The notes under the pieces were generated by a model. That model saw nothing but the letters and a program-made list of their open reading frames with translations, searched no databases and was not told the origin of the DNA. A program made the translations under genes and the position numbers. Below are positions 48,001 through 54,000 of a DNA stretch of 64,000 nt, in pieces. The stretch comes from Candidatus Omnitrophota bacterium (GTDB taxonomy: Bacteria > Omnitrophota > Gorgyraeia > Zapsychrales > JANLHA01), in contig JBBRHV010000006.1 of assembly GCA_038222225.1 (NCBI GenBank), positions 1,626 to 65,625 of the forward strand. Direction: 5' to 3'. Positions within the stretch are counted from its first letter, which is position 1. Each line of letters opens with the position of its first letter.

Positions 48001-51000
48001 CGAAAATAAAAAGAAGCAGTTCCTTTTTTTCACGATGCCAGAATCAGGAAGATGACATCGACAGCATTATGACCGGCACGATGCTGAAAGAAGATTACGG
48101 CGGGATTGGTAACAGCAAGCTGCAGTTCGGGCGCAAAGATCTTATCGAGGACCGCAATGAACCGAAGATGATGTTCGGTACCTGCGCCCACGAGTGGACG
48201 CATATTTTTAACCGTTGGATTATTGAAATTTATAGGATCGAAGAAGAGGATGGACAGGATGCGATCGATGAATTTTTGGCGGATCTGGGTGCGGAAATGT
48301 TTTTTGGAGAAATGGGCTGGCAGCAGGCAAAAGAGGTGCGCCGGAATAAATTTGTATTTCAGCACGCGAAAGTATTTGGGCGGAGTCCCCGGGCAGATCA
48401 GATCAGCCATGAGCAGCATGAGGCGGCCCGTGTCGCCTATAAGGAGATGCAGCGGTTTTTGGAAGCCAGGGAAAGGGAGACCGGTGAACGCGTTCCTCTT
48501 TCTGGAGAGATGCTGTTTTATCTTTGGGGTGCTTTGGGAGAGAGGAAAGCAGAGGAGATATCGTTTGTCATGTTGCAGGATTTGCTGCAGGTCCGGTATG
48601 GTTATGCGGAGTTTGTTCATCGGCGGAAAAACAAGTTCCAGTCCCGTCCCCTCGCGGATAGCGAGATGGAAGAAAAAGGAGTAACGCAACGTGAACCTGA
48701 TAAGGACATTGTTTATGTGATCAGATGTTGGCATGTAGAGGAAGAGGAGCGCGCCGAGCTGTTTGAAGGACCAAATGTTTTACGAATTGCTGTTTCATCC
48801 GGCACAGAACCGCAGGCCAGCGGATCCCAGGATATTCAGGTCATACAAGAGGCAACAAACCCGAAGGATGGAGAAGCGCCATCTTCTAACGCCAACTCTG
48901 CGGTTTTAAACTATTGCGTCGCGTGTTTTGCCGGCGTTGTCGCGTCTCCCTGGGTCGCATTGCCGGTTGACGTTGTCGCAAGCATTGCCATGATGTGGGG
49001 AATCATTGTTATGTCTGAGGGGATCGAGATGCGGCACTCTTTAATTTTTAGGGCTCTCACCTGGATCAAAGACCGTTATGAATCACGCAAGGTCACGATC
49101 GAATTTTTGAAAATGGTCTTGAGGTTTGCAAACATGGTTGGTTTGTATGCGCTTTTATCTTTTTCGTGGGGAACGCTCATTTTGCAATGGATCTCGTTAT
49201 TAAGCATAAAGCTGGATTGGCCTGAGTGGATGACTTTTATAGCAGCGCTCCTACCGGCAGCAGCCTTCATCAGCGGAGTAAGTATGGTGGTGGTCCCGGA
49301 GATCATCCGGGTGCATAAGGAATGGAAGAGATATCTTAAGAATATCCGGGGAGATCGTGCTCCGGAATGGATGGCCCAAAAATACAGCCATATCTCCGCG
49401 GAAGAATTGCTCCACCGTTCGGTGAGGATGAAGCGTATTGGGCGGGTCTTGTTAGCTGCTGTTTGGGGAATAGGTATCATTCTTTTGGCGATGTCGTTCC
49501 AGCATGCTCCGCACATGAAAGTTCTTAAAGGCATAAGCATTGTTGTTCTGTTTTTTTATTATCAGACATTGGTTGCAGCCCGGGAAATGAAGAAAATGGC
49601 AGAAGAATTGGAGCAGACAAAAATTCTAAGGGAGGCTTCTTTAAAAGCCAACCGATCCAGGGCAGGGCCGCCGGTCAGTTCTTATTCGGATTTTAAAGGT
49701 GGTATCAATTCAGCAGTATTGAGTGAACAGAGCGAACCGGATCATACGTCTCCCAATAAAGCAATTTTTGATTTTGTTCGACAGAGTCTCGGGGATGGAA
49801 CAACCCAAACAGTGAATGAGGTGGCGGAAGCGCAAAGACCCGTGATTCTGCAGGGTGGCAGAGATCAGGCGCTTAGAGCAGGTAATGATTCTTTGCCTGA
49901 TGATTTAAGAAAAGTCAATGCCGGTTATCAAGCGGACATTTATTTCTCGCCGAGTCGACGGATGTTTTATAAGGTCAGGAAATCCACGCTGTCTGCCTAC
50001 TATAGGTCATTACGGAATCATCTTCTTGATCGCGGGCTGTTCAGAACATCGGCGTATCTGTGGATTATGGACACGCTGCGGAAAAATTATCAAAGGTCCG
50101 CTGGAATGAAGACCGTGGAGGGTCAGCCTTTTTACGATATTCTTTCGCAGGCCGGTAAGGCCGGACGGCCGAACACCGGTGTTCTTGTCCGCATAACGAA
50201 GATGCTTAAGGCCTTCAGAGCGGTTGTTAGTTTTTGTATTGTTATGGCTGGCAGTATGTTTATTTTTTCAAAGACGGTCAGGGCTGAGAAGGCGCTTTTC
50301 CATGACAATTATTTCAAGGGTTATGAGGACATGCTTAAGTTTGGGTTTGTGCAGCAAGGATATGTGGCAGATTTTCGAGTGATCAGTGTCCCTGCGGAGG
50401 ATCGGAATGGAATTTTTAAATGGAGATGGTTGGAGCGGAACCGAAAGGTCATTGAACAGTCGGAAGTGGTTGAACTGATACAGGTGTTGCGGGAAATGAC
50501 GGATGCGCAGTTTTATGTAGCGGTCGAGCGTTACATTGAGATCCAGCATGCGTTTTGGCGCTGGGGATTTTTTAATCATGCTTTGGGATTTTTGGGAAAT
50601 TATGGATATGTCAAAGATAATGGTCAGACCAACGGACCACTGGTCCTTTTTGACCCGGGAGAGATCGTTAGTAATGGTGATAACGCCGAAGATAAAATTT
50701 TGGAGGTAGTCGAGCGCAAGAAGGAAGGGGCGTATAAGGACCTCAACGCATTGAATCCAGTTTGGGGGCAGTATTACAAGGTTAGAGTTGAGGCTGAACT
50801 AAACCGCTCCAAATTTTACGAGCTTTGGTGCAGTGAAGCCGGGTGCCGGATAGAGACAATCCAAAATTATTCCACTAACGCCGCGGTCGGTTCCAAATCC
50901 CGTTTCGTTAGCCGAAAAAGGGAAAGAGAAGATCGTCCCGCGATGGCCTTGCCGAGTTGGGAAGAGTTCAAGGACCCTCGACGGTCATGGCTGGTAAAAT

Positions 51001-54000
51001 TATATATTCTTTTGGTGCGTCAGCCGGTAAGAGAAGAATATAAACTTTTAGCCGAAATATGGAGTGTTGCGGGCTGGCTTGGGGAGCATGGCGTCAATGA
51101 GAGCAATATGCATGAGCGGTGGGTTCAGGAGCTTTTGGAGCTGCGTACGACGATTAATGCTTTTACCCGGTATCCGGTCCGGTGGTTCGGCCTCTTTGGT
51201 GCAGTACTGATGTACTGGCCTGCGGTGTTCATACATTTTGTTTATAATGCCCGATGGTTGGTGCGCAGGGTTATCCGGGAGGTTTTGTCAGGGGTGAAGG
51301 GTTCGACAGCAACTGTTTTTGTCGGCGAAGCTGCCATGGTCAGAGAAAAGAAAACATCCTCGGCATATCAAGTCATTGTTGAAGAGCTTTGGAATTTGAG
51401 GAGTTTTTATCCTGGGAAGATCTATCTGCGATCAAAGACTATCCTTTGGCTGATGGTGTTCGCTGCCCGATGGATTCTCCGGAAACAGTTATCCACCAGC
51501 TCGGTCGTGGTGCTCGAAAAGAGCAATAACCAGGGTGAAATAGGAAGTGGGCATTTACGGGTTTTCCGGGCATTTGTTTTTAGTTTTGGTTTGAAGTTGG
51601 AATTATTCAGGGCAGATGAGTTTTTGCTGATATCGACAGAAGAGCAGTTTCCAGCCCAATTCGACAAGTTGAAAAATTTATATGCGATGATGAAGCCTTC
51701 CCAGGCTTTTCCCTTAATGGGGGGATGGGCGGCCTCACCGGATCTCGCTATGATCATAGTTTCTTATATCATGAAATATCGTCCAAAAGTTGTTCTTGAT
51801 TTGGGCAGCGGAACTTCGACAATCATCATTGCTCAGGCTTTGAAAAATTTATCCTGCAGCCAGTCCCGCCGCACTTCTGCGGAACGGGCAGGATTCCGCC
51901 TAACGGGTGAAAAGATTTTGGGGGCTCCACAGACAGGGCATGTGTGGTCCATGGAGCAGGACGCAGCCTATGCAGGAAAGACGCGGCAAAATTTGGATGC
52001 CCATGGGCTTGGTACTTACGCGACGGTTATTCATGCTCCGATCAGAGAATATTCGAATCACAACGGCACGGGAAGATGGTATGACGTTTCCCGGCTAGAG
52101 GGTATCGGCCCGATTGATTTGGTGATTGTTGATGGGCCGCGTGGCTCAGGTCAAAGAGCTGGGGCCATGCCGATTCTTTTTGATCATTTAAGCGATGAGG
52201 TTGCGGTGATCATTGACGACACGAGCCGGGTGGCAGAACAGGAAATGGTTGAGAAATGGCTGAGAGATTTTGAAGGGTTCCGCGCGCAGGAAATTGACAC
52301 GGAAAAGGGGACGATTATTTTAAGAAAAACAAAAGCCGCCATGGATGGCGAAGAGGCAGAGCCTATTTCCTTAGAGTCTGAAATCAATGCCGCGGTGCTT
52401 GGAAATGAATCTTCGCCTAAAGAGGATGGGACAAATCACCAGGAAAAATGGTTTTTCCGAGATGCAAAATCCGGTGCGGTCGAAGTCCATGAAATTGCCG
52501 ATGATAATGGGGAAACAATTTGGCAAGTTCTCCAGGAACAGGAAGCGAGAGAGCAACCGGTTTCTGACAATAGCGGGAATAAGATCCAGGGAGCGACAAG
52601 CGCTGCGGTGCTGGGCAGTGGAAAAGTTGGCCGCAATGATCCTTGTCCCTGCGGCAGCGGGAAAAAATACAAGAAGTGTTGTGGGGGGGCTTCCGCTACT
52701 CAACCTTTCGCAGCGCCGGCATTGAACACAAGAAAGAGCGTCGGACGATCGTTCAGGTTTATTGCCATGGCTGATGGTCAGGTTCAAGATCTTTCTCCGC
52801 CGGCAGCGTGGGAATCAGGTTCCGTGGCCGTTTCTCCCCAGCCTGTCCATGGGCGCGCTGCTTTAACCGGGACGGTCATTCCGGCCAGACTTGAGCATGC
52901 TGAGCGCATACTCGCGCTATCCAAGAGGGTCTCCTCATCTACCCCTGTTTCGATGAATGTGATCATCAGATCCATACAGTCCATAGCTGAAGATTTCAAT
53001 GGTGAGCCGAGAATTTTTGTTTACATAGAGAAGAACGTGGTCTTAGGGTATACGTTCGCTTCCATTTATCCTTCAAGGAAACTGGTTTATATGGTTCAAA
53101 CATCCGTTGATCAACAGCATGAAGGCCGCGGGATCGGACGTTATCTGCATCAGTATTTGTTTGATGTTGTGCGAAGCCAGGGACACAAAAAAATCTTTTC
53201 AATATCGAATCCTCGTGCGGCGAGCATCCTTTGTAAGGATGGTTTTCAGGTTTTGACAGACGCCCGAAAACTTCCAGTGATCAGCATTGATCTGCGCGAT
53301 GATGAAAATGTCGTATCTTTGAATGCGACGTTGGAGGATGTTCTCTGCGTGGGGATTATGCGGGTTCTTCTGCCGACCAATCTGGTTGCCATTGATCAGG
53401 CGTTAATTCATGGGGATATGCCCGGGGTTCAGCATCTTGTCCGGACGAATTTTATTTTTGCCTGGCTGCGAGCCAGCGGCATTCTTCCTTCGGATGAATT
53501 CCGACGGAAGATCATTGCGGATTTTAACAGACGAGGGGCTGGTAGGGCTATGCAGCAGAATGAAGAGACGCTGGTTGTGGCCTGTGCGGTAGGGACTTCA
53601 CAACATCCGTCCTCGAGAGATGAAAAATTATGGCAAAGGGAGGGACGTACATTGCCGGCGTCTTTTGATCCGTTAGAAGATTTTGCGCAGCATTGTGTGG
53701 ATGTTGTTTTCCACCCCAAAGAATATGAACAGAGGTATCATTCGGCTGATGAAAAAGATCGACCTCGTTTATTGGCGCAGTATGCAGTTGTGAGGGATGT
53801 TCTTCAGCAGTCCCTTCCTGGCGCAAGAGATAGAGGACAGTCTTCTGGCGGAAGGGGACAGTCCCCCCGCGGGGACAATCCCCAATCGACCAACGCCGCG
53901 GTGCAGGTTTCTGATTCCATTCCGACGCCTTTGACTTCTGAATTTATTCGAACGTTGTCCGTTGGAAAGAGAAGTGTAACGTCATCCGAAAAACGCATCC

